A stretch of DNA of 64,000 bases, from the NCBI GenBank assembly GCA_907165135.1, contig OU015568.1, positions 930,001 to 994,000 on the forward strand. Reading direction: 5' to 3'. Positions 37,699 to 49,005 of this stretch are shown here, piece by piece; the stretch's first letter is position 1, and every line of letters begins with the position of its first letter. Source of the stretch: Oikopleura dioica (lineage: Eukaryota > Animalia > Chordata). The position numbers were made by a program, and so were the translations under genes. A model generated the notes under the pieces. It was not told the origin of the DNA. It was given only the letters and a program-made list of their open reading frames with translations, and searched no databases.

Positions 37699-40026
37699 TT
37701 ATTCTTCGAGGGTTTTCGTTCTCAAATATCTTTTTTTCTCGAATTTTGGTAATTCGTTATCTTCAAAAAGATCGTAAACTTCATTGATTAATTGATTTCC
37801 TTTTTCAATCATCGCGTTTGAAAAATACTCAAATGATGGCGGCGCCTTTGGACGATGAAATTTCTCAGTTTCTTTTAAACTCTGAAATAAAAGTGACAAT
37901 GATAGATATGGGCTTATGAAAATGTACTTTTTCAAGGCACTGCAATCTTCTTTCTCGATCTGGAACGGCATAATATTTTTGGCTCTCGACGAAATCAAGA
38001 ATTTTCGCCATTTCTCGGGTCGCATTGATTTTTAAGTCTTCGTAGAAAAAGATGTGCATTGGGACCTTATTTTCTTTCTTTTTGCTGATGATTTTTAACA
38101 TAAGATTGTGCCACCAGCCCAAAAATTGTGTCCCCTGTTTAATCCAATCATCTTCTTTGAAAACCGACTCAGAAACACTTGAAGTGTGGCCTTTCCCCTT
38201 TCTTCTTTTGAATTCTGCGATGACTGCATCAAACGGATTGCGGATCAGAAATAAGTATCCTTTTGCGGAGGAAATATTTTTGTCGTCGATGTTGTGAGCT
38301 TTTTGAAAGAGAGTTGTCCCGTCTGTCGGGTCGGTATATTCGCCGAATAATCCGTCTTCGTAAAGTGACTTGTCGTTGTAAATACTTCCGGTATAGATGC
38401 CGGTAGATTTTTCAAGAAGCATTCGGGTCCAACTAAGAAGCTTTTTATTTGTCATTTGCGAGAAAACCTTACGTGTTTCCACTTCCAGCGAATGAAACAA
38501 GCGGGAAAACATCGAATTCGTCTTTCCTCCCAAGTCGTGTTCCGAGGTCACAATTGTCTTCATCTGGCATTTCGAAGTCGAGTATCATTTCTTCGCCAAA
38601 TTTATCCGCGGCTAGTCGTTCAAGGACAACATTCGCGCTCCAAGTCGATGGATTCGAATAAAAGAAGAAATCGGATGTGAACGCCAGCTCTTGAGAAAGA
38701 AGAGAGAGTTGTGTATCAAAATAAGCATCAGTTAGTCGAGATTTGGCAAAGTCTGATATTTCTTGTTCTTCGATAATTTCGGCTTCGGGGTAATATTCGA
38801 CAATATGGGAAGTGAGATTTTTCAAGAAATTATAGTCGGACGGGGGGCTATTTCGGGCTCAATCAGTTGATGATTTTTTATAAAAATAAATAAACATTTA
38901 TTGAAGCCTTTTGCCTGAAAAGTAAAATTGTCTTTCCATTTATTTTCTTCATTCTTTTGACAACCCATTTTACGAAAATGGATGGATCCGCTCGTATATT
39001 CTTAATTTTTGCAACGAGACTCTTCTTGCTTTCCCCAGAATTCAGCTGAATGAAATCGTTTAGATCATATCGCCAATGAAGAGTCGCAAAATGGGTGATA
39101 TTTTTTGAGCTAAGAAATTCTTTCGAAATTTCTTGAATCTTTTTCGATCTTCTAGTGTTTCTGATAATATCGAGGATCATGTCGATAAAGTCGAAATCGT
39201 ACAGTTTGCTCGCTCGAAGACGGTTCTTTGCCAGCTCATTCTGGAGAAAGTATTAACAAGCCTTCTAACACGACGGAAACCTCACCCAATCGATTATGCC
39301 AAATGGTTGTTTGAGCATAACACAGTCAATGTTATCAAATTTCAAAAACTGTTCGGAAATTTCTCGTTGAAAATCTTCTTTTGGCCCGATAAGATCAACC
39401 TTCTCGGTGTCGTTATACGTCGAAAAATCCAAGCCGAAGTAGTTGTAAGTATGCTGGATATATCTGGTGTCTTTCCAGTTTTGATGAGTGTTGAAAATCA
39501 AATCAAAGCGGTTCTCTTTCATGATTGCTTAACTTTTTTTCGTCGAATTATTTCGTAAAAAATTAGCGCAATCCTTTCCCAAACAGCTTTCATGAACATG
39601 AGAAGCGACAGAGATTGACGAGTTTATCAACGGAATATCGAATATTTCTGATGGAGGTAAACGAAATTCGCCCTTTGAAGAAAAGTGCCGGAAAAACGGT
39701 GGGACCCCGATCTTAATAAAATTATAAAACTTGTGCTTTTTCGAGTTTTCGTTCACCTTTCGATCAAGAATCTTTGCAATGATGAGACTTTCCCTAAAGC
39801 CTTGGTACTGATTGTTTGGCCCGTAAATCAAAACAGGAATAAGGATTTTCGTATTTTTCATTTCTCTCGCAAATAATCCGCTCTCTTCATGCTCCAGCAA
39901 AAATTTAATGTGTGGTTGGACAATGTCAGCCTCTTTCCTCTGATTTAAATCGTCTCCAAGGAAGTAGAAAAAGGACCAAGTAATGAATAAAACGAAAAAA
40001 AGTTGGTAAAATATATGAATTTCCAT
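37699..40026 (-). CDS. Fusion: TM anchor, O-fucosyltransferase (POFUT/PF10250-like), WSCD-type sulfotransferase
   Basis: O-FucT-like motifs GPNNQYQGFRESLIIAKILDR..VPPF, LHWRYDLNDF and SQELAFTSDFFFYSNPSTWSANVVLER. ORF 38469-38825 runs from these directly into FPLVSFAGSGNT; ORF 37865-38563 is the WSCD domain. Confidence 0.8.
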
Positions 40027-41720
40027 TTTTACGGCGATCTTTTCTGAAAAGCACGGTTTAGTTACTGGTCAAGAGGTAAATTATTTTTGGATGTGCAATT
40101 AATAATTATCTTTAAAAATCGTTAAACTTCGCAGTTTATAATGTCAGGAATAATTCAAATGTACCGATTCCGGCTTGCTGTAAAATTGATGACTTGTTAC
40201 GATGACTTATTTATAATGATAAATTGTTATTTAATACACGAATCAAATGGAATCTGTTGAAAAATGTCAATTTTCAAAAAGCAAAAGTTCTCTTCTCTTT
40301 CGATTTATATATTTCGTAAAAATCCAGGCCCTCGACTCGATCTCAAGTGTAACATTTGCTCATGAAATGGAAGAAAAGGTATAAAAAAGTCATCATGGGT
40401 AATTTCCTTGATCAACGGGTTTTTTAAGAGCTTTCATCTATTTTTGTAATCTCTAATGAAGATTGACTGCAAAGCGAGCAGGAAAAGTACGAAGGGACTT
40501 AGATGGATTCCGCCACATGATTTATGTGGACCAGTACGGAACACATCATAATTATTCTATCAATTATTATTCAAAAAATTCGAATCAAATTAAGTCAATC
40601 ATAAAATGAATACCTTATTTTTGTTTGATAGAAATTTCAATACACCGACTCTCTAGTTTGATATTCAGAATATCAAATTCTCAAGCTGATATTTTATTTC
40701 GAATCTGAACGTTGCTGAAGCAAAAAAGTTATAAACAAGATGAAGGGCGCCATTTGAAAGTTCTTTACGATTTAACTAAAAACCGGAGCTGGTCACGCGA
40801 TTCTTATCGCACTGAAAACGAGCGAAGTTTGAAATTTGAAAAGAGCTTTTCTGTGAGAAGGATTTTTGATACCAGAGGAGTACCAAAAAAGGGCTAGCTT
40901 GTCAAAACAAGTCAGCTCGTTGCATTTTGCTAAATTTCCGAAGTGACACTCACGTGACATCGCGCCAACTAGGGTTCCAATCGTGATTGACCGCGGTTAA
41001 TCGAAAGAAATCAATTTCTTTTACGATTTTTCAATAATAATTTATGAAAATTTCCTAGCTTTTAGGTATTATAATAATTTTTTGTTTGAAAATTAAGACT
41101 CTCGGTTGCATGCTGCCGAGAAAACTGTTGTTTAAACTATCATCCTATCAACCTCAATTCGAGTCTGAGCCACTTGAAAACACAGCAGCATAAAAGGCAT
41201 GGAATCTGATTTCTACAAAGATCAAGGTACGAGAGTAAGGTCAAGGAAAACAGCTTGCAAGAATCTTTATTCAAGCGATCCTACAGCTCTGAGCCTCAAG
41301 GAGTCATTGTTCAACCACAAGTAGCAGCTTCAGGAATAGTTTTAAATCAAGAAAAAATCTTTTGATTATCCAATCAGGAGCTTGATTGACAAGTCGTTAT
41401 TCTGACCATAACTTGTAGACCTCTTAAAAAGGATTCCAGATGCCGATCACGCAACTCTTAGCGCACTGAAAACGAGCGAACAAATAGTTATTCTACAAAA
41501 AAAAATCACTTGGAATGATTTTTCTAGAGACGACGATTTATTCTCAATAACTTTATTCAAAGATGATGTTTATTTGTGGCCTTGTAAGACAAAAAATCCA
41601 TAGCTATGAGGCGGCATATCGATCTCTTCTTGATTTTTTTCGTAAGCAAAATATTCTTCAAGCGTTGAAATCTGGTCATAATCTGAAAATTTATTTTGAA
41701 GAATGAATTTTATCAAAATA

Positions 41721-43333
41721 TTAACCTTCTGGTAAGCGAGCCAATTTTCCGTTTATATAAACATCTTTTGAATCAAGAGCTGAGGATGAAACTATCAAGC
41801 TTTTTCGACTACAGAAGTGACTATAAATTTCGTCGGATAAAAACTCCTTCTGTTCTTGGTCAGAGAAGTTGATAAGGAGAATCGTGAGAGAATGTCGCTG
41901 CTGCGTTGCGAAACATTTGAAGAATTCATTGGCGCAGGAGATTTCCAGGACTTTTTCTTTCATCAACGATGCGAAAAGAAAACCAGCCCAGAAATCCGGA
42001 TTGACTTTGACTTTCTCCTTTTTATCTGTAATTGGACGACGAACTATTGGTGAAGAGGTTCGGATCGAGATTCTTAGTTAATTAATACTTATCTTTATCG
42101 ATCATATTTTTAAAATTAATTCTCCGTTTCAGCCCATTTTCAGGCAACAAAACACAAAAATAAATTTGTATTATTGTCTTTTTGTCCTTTTCCTGGAAGC
42201 ATCTGCAACAGGCCATAATTTCCTCCAATCAGTGTTTGCCTACAAAAAGCCTTGTGCTTTTTCTCCGCAAAAAGCCCGAGCAAGTCGAGATACCAAAAAG
42301 AAGAAATGAATCTGTTTGTCACTTCGTTTCTCCCGCTATTATACGCTCCTCCAGTTTCGCCCATCCACAGTGGAACATTCTGGTGATTCTTCCAAAGAGA
42401 TCGTTGTTGTTTTAGCTTGTCAAGTCGCGAGGAAAACTTGCCAAAAAACTTCGGGTCCATGATCTTCTCTGCCAGGTTCGGATCTGCCCCGGGACCAAGG
42501 GGATATTGATGCCAGGTGAAAGCGTCTAATTCAGTCGACAAACTCGTCAGATTTGAGAAAAACTCCACGAGCCATTTGAAATCGAGGGCCGTGTCGTACC
42601 CAAGGAGCTTAACTTCCTTCTTTTTGAGAGTCTCATCCATGATTTCACGCAATTTCGTAAAATCTTTTGCGGCCGATTTTGCAGAAATATTGACATTGTG
42701 ACTGTACCGCCCATATATTTCATTTCCCAGTTCAAGGCCAAAAAGTCTTTCGGCCATTTTCGTCTCTTCAAATTCTTCAAGCAAGAGTTTTGCCTTTTTC
42801 GAGTCCCAAGGCTTTGAGAAATCGTCGTATCTTCCCTCAAGCGCGTTAAGGCCAAAAATTAGCTTGAGATTCGCCTTATCTAGAAATTCTCCAAGCTCTC
42901 TTCTTCGGAGTGGTGAGAAGCATTCTTGAGTAAAGCCAGTTCTAGAGCTCGCTTCAGGCTGAAAGGGATAGGGGTCGCAATGGCGGTTTGAAGAGTTGAA
43001 GTCGTAAATAATTGAATCCTGCAATGTTCCTCCTATTCTGAGCAGTCCATAATCGCTTGAAAAGGGTTAAAAATTTTAGAGAATGAGGGTTTCTTACTGG
43101 GTTGAAGCAAGGGTTCTCGCAGCTTGAATCAATCTCGGCTGCTGAAAGTCGAGCTGATTGAGCCCTGTTCCGATCCAGGATGCATTCCCGAAAGAAACCT
43201 TTGTATCTGGCCACCAGTCAAGAGTAAAACAAACAAATGGATGATCGACTCCAATAGTGTTCACTACATTCTCATTGTTGATCTCAATAACTGCGTTTAC
43301 CGAGAAAAAAATAAAAAGTAAGACAGAAATCAT
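41721..43333 (-). CDS. GH79 heparanase-like / beta-glucuronidase (a further short 3' exon near 41560-41690 is possible)
   Basis: Signal peptide, then FTLDWWP, LRIGGTLQDSIIY, FGLNAL, LELGNE (acid/base Glu), WMGETGGAYNSG (nucleophile Glu), SFWYLDLLG, CRQTLIGGNYGLL and NPDFW. Confidence 0.9.
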
Positions 43334-43559
43334 CGCTTTTGAACTTGATTCATCGGCGTTCTAGCGCTTTGTTTTTTATTGCTGTTGTTGTCTCAAGGGC
43401 AAGTTGATTGTCTCTTTTGTTTTTAAAAAAATGTCTTGGATATAAAGTTAAGAAGCCGGGTTTAATCAGACTCTACGTTCATTTGCGTGGGAGATGTGAC
43501 GGATTGATAATTGCATCAATTAATATTTTGAGAGTTTGAGATCTTTATTCGCCGCTTTT

Positions 43560-43720
43560 TAAATTAATTTATTAATTATTGATTATTGTTATAAATAAAT
43601 TAACAAAATAAATTAATTAATAATTAAATGATAATCAATGAATAAATAATTAATAAATTAATTTATTAATAAATAAATAAATTAATTTAATCAATAAAAA
43701 AGTAATTAAATAGTAATTAT
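43560..43720. repeat. A/T-only low-complexity tract
   Basis: About 160 bp almost devoid of G/C (TAAT/AATT iterations). Confidence 0.7.
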
Positions 43721-44199
43721 TAAGTATTATGTTCATAGAATCTCTTGAATCTACTAAAGATGATGATCCTTAAATCGATTGTTGGTTTGATTGTGCCGGG
43801 CGGCTTGATAAATGCTAAACACGGGTCGAAGGGGAGAGAGAGAGGGTAATGTGTATTAATGGTTTTCTTAAGAAAATGCATTTGTCGAACAACGAAAAGC
43901 GGCGCATAATATTGATCCACTCCCTCTTTGCTGCAACTCTTTGTCTCAGTCGCGTTTTTTTTTCTCCGGCTTTTATAAAAACATATTTCGCAGCTCTCGT
44001 CGCGCTTATCTTTCGAGAAACAAGAAGCAGGAAAGAAAACAAGGAGGAATTCAACAATTATTTTCCATATAAAAAGGTAGATTTTGGACTTCAAAAAATT
44101 CTGTTAAGAAAGCGATATTTTAAATAGGCTCGTTAAAATTGTTTAAAAAAATAATTTTGTGATAGACAAGGTTAAATAACATGACGACACCCTTAATTA

Positions 44200-44337
44200 A
44201 GAAAAAAATTTCGACAAATTTTGCGTCGAGATTTTCAACCAATGAGAAATCTGGGGTCGGAACACCAGCCAATAAGCAGCTGAGGAGCCGCCCACGCAAA
44301 ATTTGTCGAAATTTTTGTCGGTTCCTGACGCCACCCT
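44200..44337 (-). mobile_element. Second copy of the CCAAT-bearing MITE (one end truncated)
   Basis: Homologous to 20233-20389. Contains a perfect 21-bp internal inverted repeat AAATTTCGACAAATTTTGCGT and two CCAAT boxes. Confidence 0.65.
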
Positions 44338-44804
44338 TATTGAAATTGGTGCTTTTTAATACAGTTCAATAATGTGAAAGGTACTCTGTTTTTCTCCGTT
44401 GCTTAAAAATGACATCAGCGAAGCAATTTTCGTCCGGTGGCATTTTCGGTCCAGCCAAGTCCTCGCGAGAATGGCGTCGACATGACAGGGTCAATTAAGA
44501 ATTAATCATGATTATTGACTGTTTTCCGCTTGTTTAGTAGACGTTGCATCACATTCCCTTCCACTGGCCAGGCCAAAGCTGATTTATTTAAATTTTCAGA
44601 AAAGATCGAAAAAAGAGAGAAAAAAGAACATGAAAAATATAAATGAGAAAGTGATGTAAAAAGAAAGCAAATCAAAGCGGCAAATGGAGGAGCAAGATCT
44701 CCGCATGCGACCGCTGCTCAAGAACAGTTATCAGAAGAAGAAAAGGCCCAGGTAAAGGATTATTTAAACATCAAGAATCTTATCTATGTAAACAACAGAT
44801 AAAT

Positions 44805-45057
44805 TAAGCCAGGCTTAGCTGAGCTTAGCTAAAGACAATTTTTAAAGTCTATGCTACGCTTCGCTTAGCAAAATTTTTGCGAAACAAAACGAGCAGAAAT
44901 AAAGCTGAGCTCAGAATTGCTTTGGCTAAGTTCTGCTGAGCTTATATATTTCCCTTTATGCAAAGCTTAGCTAAGCAATAATTGCTAAATAATCTTAGCT
45001 AAGCAAAAGCCGACTTTCATTTTGGGAAAAAATTTGAGCTTGGCTTAGCCTAGCTTA
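44805..45057. mobile_element. Degenerate MITE-like element rich in GCTTAGC/GCTAAGC motifs
   Basis: 21-bp inverted ends with 17/21 match and many internal CTTAGC repeats. Confidence 0.45.
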
Positions 45058-45189
45058 GTCCTTATGAAACTCGCTAAGCCGTAATAAGTCATTCTTTTAG
45101 ATTAAAAAGTCTAAGTCTTGATGAGGTTCAAAGTCAAGTTCTGCTTCTCAATTAACTTAATAGCCAATTAAATACAGAATATTTAGGAG

Positions 45190-46510
45190 TGTACCTTCTC
45201 GATTGAGGCAAAACGTAGCAGTCAATTACTGCGAAGAAAATGACCACAAATTTAAAGAAAGTAGTTCAAGGCGCGGGATGAATAATTTATAAAGTCAAAA
45301 TTGAAGACTCAATCTGTTTTGTTTATTCCGTCTAAAGTCATACTGAAATCAAAACGGACCAATCCGACTTTATATCGAAGAAACCGCCAGATTTGTCGAA
45401 GTTGGAAATAACGTCGTTTATCGAAAGCGCAAATGGGAAACAACAACGACTTGACCCGAGCGATCAAAATTGTATTTATAAGAAATTAACAAGAAACGGT
45501 GTTATTTACTTAATTATCAATAAGACACTCTTATTATCTTTTGTATATTGAATAATAAGGGTGTCAAAATGTTGAATTCAAAAATCAAAAAGACATTGCA
45601 TCTTTGATAACACAGAAAAAGATCTCTCGACCTAAGCCAAGTCCGGAATAGTGCCAATAGCAGTTGTAACTCCGGAAAACCGCCTCGACCGACGATGCTT
45701 TCCGGCTCATCTAGCAATTTTAAACTTGAGCACAACGAGGACTCTTTTTCACGCGAACTCTTCGAAATGATGCGTCAGTCCCTAAGGGTATTCTCCCGTT
45801 TTTAGCGAAGTATTCACTTTTTAGATGAGTGAATCCGTGCACCGAGAAGTTGTGAAGCTACGCCAAGAATTAAACACATTAGGATTTGGTCTATCAGAAG
45901 CTTTTTCGTTCTACTACCTTAAAGAGTTTAATAAGATCCGAGAAGATGATAGATAGAAAAAATCGCCACATTCGTTTTCGCGTTGGCAGCTGCGTCAACA
46001 CATTAATCCCTTGGGAGATTCATGGCGAAACAGAATAATTAAGATTATCTCTCAATCACTCTTAAAGAGGCCTTTATCTACAACTGTTAAAGTAAAGTTT
46101 TTCGACCAAATAAACAGACACTGCCTTCAATGAATTCAAAACGATGACGAACAACCGCGTGGAGCAAATCTCCACCTCGCTCAAGGAAATCGCACGGACG
46201 AAAGTGGGGACGATGATTTGCTTCCGATGCCATGGCTATGTACTCGAGCACATTCAACTTCAATGTGGTCATATCTATTGCCTTCACTGATTTGGGATTC
46301 ACAATCTTTTTTGTATTTTTTGAAAGTGCCCCTCCAAGACCGCGGCTTGTAAATCCCTCTGCTCAGTATCAATATCTCTTTCATTCCGGACGTGAAAATT
46401 CAAGAACGAACTGCCGAGGCGCTACGCGAAGTGGCAACAAAACGCAAGTGCCCAAATTGCGGCGACCGAAAAGTCGACGTCTCCATCATCAAAAAGAAAT
46501 ATAGAGTTTA
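45190..46510 (+). pseudogene. Degenerate RING-finger gene
   Basis: Reads CFRCHGYVLEHIQLQCGHIYCLH*, with TGA at 46288-46290 where the sixth ligand Cys is expected, then KCPSKTAAC. Further stops occur upstream. Confidence 0.45.
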
Positions 46511-47189
46511 ACAATTTTGTGCAGAAACCTCCTATTCTTCCTCTCAGCTATTCTTCCGAAAATATTGACAATTGTCATTGCTCGAGTTGACGATTATCGA
46601 GACTTTAGCTTTTGAACTTTTTTGTATAGATTTGTATTTGATGAAATACAAAAGAACGACCATTCTATAGTGGATCTCAATGTGCAATACGCGCTGCGCA
46701 CGGAGTTCATAGTAACTCCTGCGCAAACAAACTCCTCCGCCCGGACAGACTTCCCTGCGCACGGACAGACTTCTCTGCGCGCGGACGAAACTATCTACGC
46801 CCGTAACAAAGAACGCTTGCTCCCTACGTAAAGCCCTTTCTCCCTGTGCACAAACTTCTTTACGCACGTAAATATGCATTCTGCCTACGGAACTCTCTTT
46901 CTTCTCACGCAACTGTCATACTTCCGTACGGACAAAGCTCTGTCCGTACGCACAGAAATAGTATATAAGTCGCTCTGCTTCGCAACTCGATACTCACTTG
47001 AAAATCAGCTCACAATGTAAAATTGCTCACTTTTTACAAAACAACGCTCACTATTTTTATCCTGCTCGCGATATCAATAAACTACATTTTCATACTCAAC
47101 TTATGTACATTGAGAAACACGTACATATTTTGGTGACTGAATAAAACGGAACGCCTCCCAACAGATACAGTCAGAGAAAGAGATCAGAG

Positions 47190-47837
47190 ATGGAACAAAC
47201 CAATGAACGTTCAAAATCCATTGGACAGGTGAAGATGAAAACCCCGAAATTTGATGCTCGACTTCCAATTGAAAACTTTGTTTCCAATTTGGAATTGTTT
47301 GGTGAATGCTCAAAGATTTGTGATGAAGACCTGATCAGTGTTGCTCTATCCCAATTCCTGATTGAAGAAAATGGACTGGCTATCCTTGAAGCCATTTCTG
47401 AGGAAGAAAAACGAGACTGGAATAGATTCAAGACTAAGCTCTCTCAGGTTCTTGGTAAGGACAATGAGTACTACAAATACCTGTATACGTCCTTTTCGCG
47501 AGGTCAAGAGACACAGCAAATGGCAGTTACAAAACTTCAAGCCTATTTCAAAAAAGGATACGGAAAATTGAGACTTGATGCTGGAGATGAGTCAATTATC
47601 TGTGATCGATTCATTGAATGCCAAGAACCAAGACTCTCTGAACTGCTCCGACGAGAGAAGTCCCTGCTCAACCTTCGAAATATTGCTCAACGTGCTACGG
47701 AACTAGAGAGAAGTTTCAACAAGAGAGAAAATATTTTCACCGCTCAATCCTCTGAAAGCGCTCAACAATCTGAAATGGCACGAATCTGCTCCGAACTTAA
47801 AGAAATGATCAATTTCTTTAATGAAGAAGACGAATGA
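47190..47837 (+). CDS. gag: Retrotransposon Gag/capsid-like protein (215 aa)
   Basis: Intact ORF directly after the PBS. KTPKFDARLPIENFVSNLE...DWNRFKTKLSQVLG resembles gypsy Gag (P.F.G....F+..E ... W..FK..L). Confidence 0.75.
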   Translation: MEQTNERSKSIGQVKMKTPKFDARLPIENFVSNLELFGECSKICDEDLISVALSQFLIEENGLAILEAISEEEKRDWNRFKTKLSQVLGKDNEYYKYLYTSFSRGQETQQMAVTKLQAYFKKGYGKLRLDAGDESIICDRFIECQEPRLSELLRREKSLLNLRNIAQRATELERSFNKRENIFTAQSSESAQQSEMARICSELKEMINFFNEEDE

Positions 47838-48712
47838 CCACCAAAATTCATCTTCGCGTGCGAATCGACTTATTTCGGACCGGCCTGGACAAACTGTGTT
47901 AAGATTATGCTCAACGGACAAATTTTTCCGCCTCCTCAAAAGTGACGAGAAAGAACATTTCGCTCAGATGTTTAAGATCTTCGTCAACTATCGATGATTT
48001 GACTCGCTCAAAGGTCATTTGGAATTATCTTCTTAATGATTGAAGTCAATATTAAGTATCACGGCGTCATATCAGTAAGATCCGCCCGCTCAAAAAAAAA
48101 CTGATAAGAAAAATGAGAACTTCCGCAGCAACTATGCTCTAACCTGCTGCATCTTGAAAATGAAGAAGCTCAAAAGCATTGATCTGTTCCGACCGATGAA
48201 ATATTCAGCTGATGCTCACAATCCCTGCTCTGAGGATTAACTTCCTATTGTCAGTTAAGCCAATTGATCGATGAAAGAGGAAGAACTTAAACTTGAAGAA
48301 GCCGTCTTCGCTGTAGACGACTTTGGTAACATGAGATGCTCTACTCATAAAATGCTCAAGAGTCGAATATTATGACGTATAAAAGCCCTGCTCAAAGGAT
48401 TAATCCGTGCTCAAACAAATGCTCACAACTTTAGCGATATGATGCACACTTGAAGAAGAGTCAAGCTCCGTTCCATCGCCATGAAAGTTCAATGCAGGCC
48501 GCTGTGGATTTTCGCTCGCATAACATTGATAATGTTCAAGTTAATGGCGCCCTCGACTTGGACCTCTTGTCTTAACCTTGCGCCGGACTTCCCCAGATGT
48601 TGGCAATGTGTGCAGTTGCCAAATCACACAATATTCGAAATGGATCTACAATAGCATCATCCCAGCTCAATGGCACGATGCAAAACCTTTTTAAAAAAGG
48701 GGGAAGAGAAGA

Positions 48713-49005
48713 GTGAAACTGCTCGATCACTCAGGAATTTCAATTTTTATGCTCACGAAATTGAACAACTACGGAAAAAGTGAAACTGCTCGACCACTAG
48801 AGATTTTCAAATTTTCGCTCACAAAATTCAAAAATGATGGACAAAAAATGAAGTGAAACTGCTCGGTCACTATAAATTTGCGATTTCCATGCTCATGAAA
48901 TGGAATAATTATGAAGATACCACGTGATAACTGCTCGCTCACAATGGAGAATACGGTATCTCAACACAGGAAAAATGAAAATAGAAGTGATAACTGCTCG
49001 CTCAC
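48713..49005 (+). repeat. Five-unit spaced repeat GTGA(A/TA)ACTGCTCG.TCAC inside the LTR element
   Basis: Units start at 48713, 48780, 48853, 48924 and 48987 (period 63-73 bp). Confidence 0.85.

Noticed and set aside
40790-41480. ~35-bp direct repeat (TCACGC..TCTTA.CGCACTGAAAACGAGCGAA) at ~40793 and ~41446
   Set aside because: Two short copies only, with no target duplication, ORF or LTR features between them; not enough to call an element.
46544-46912. ORFs 46544-46912 (-), 46622-46831 (+), 48961-49434 (-) and 49006-49353 (+)
   Set aside because: These are chance frames through the duplicated LTR; they are identical only because the LTRs are.
47838-48690. Possible pol or env remnant (e.g. 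AVDDFG)
   Set aside because: No protease, YxDD or integrase motif in context and many stops; it may be a decayed ORF but is not assignable.
48713-49005. CRISPR-like repeat-spacer array
   Set aside because: It lies inside a eukaryotic LTR element, the repeats are short and degenerate, the spacers are partly similar to each other, and no cas genes are present.
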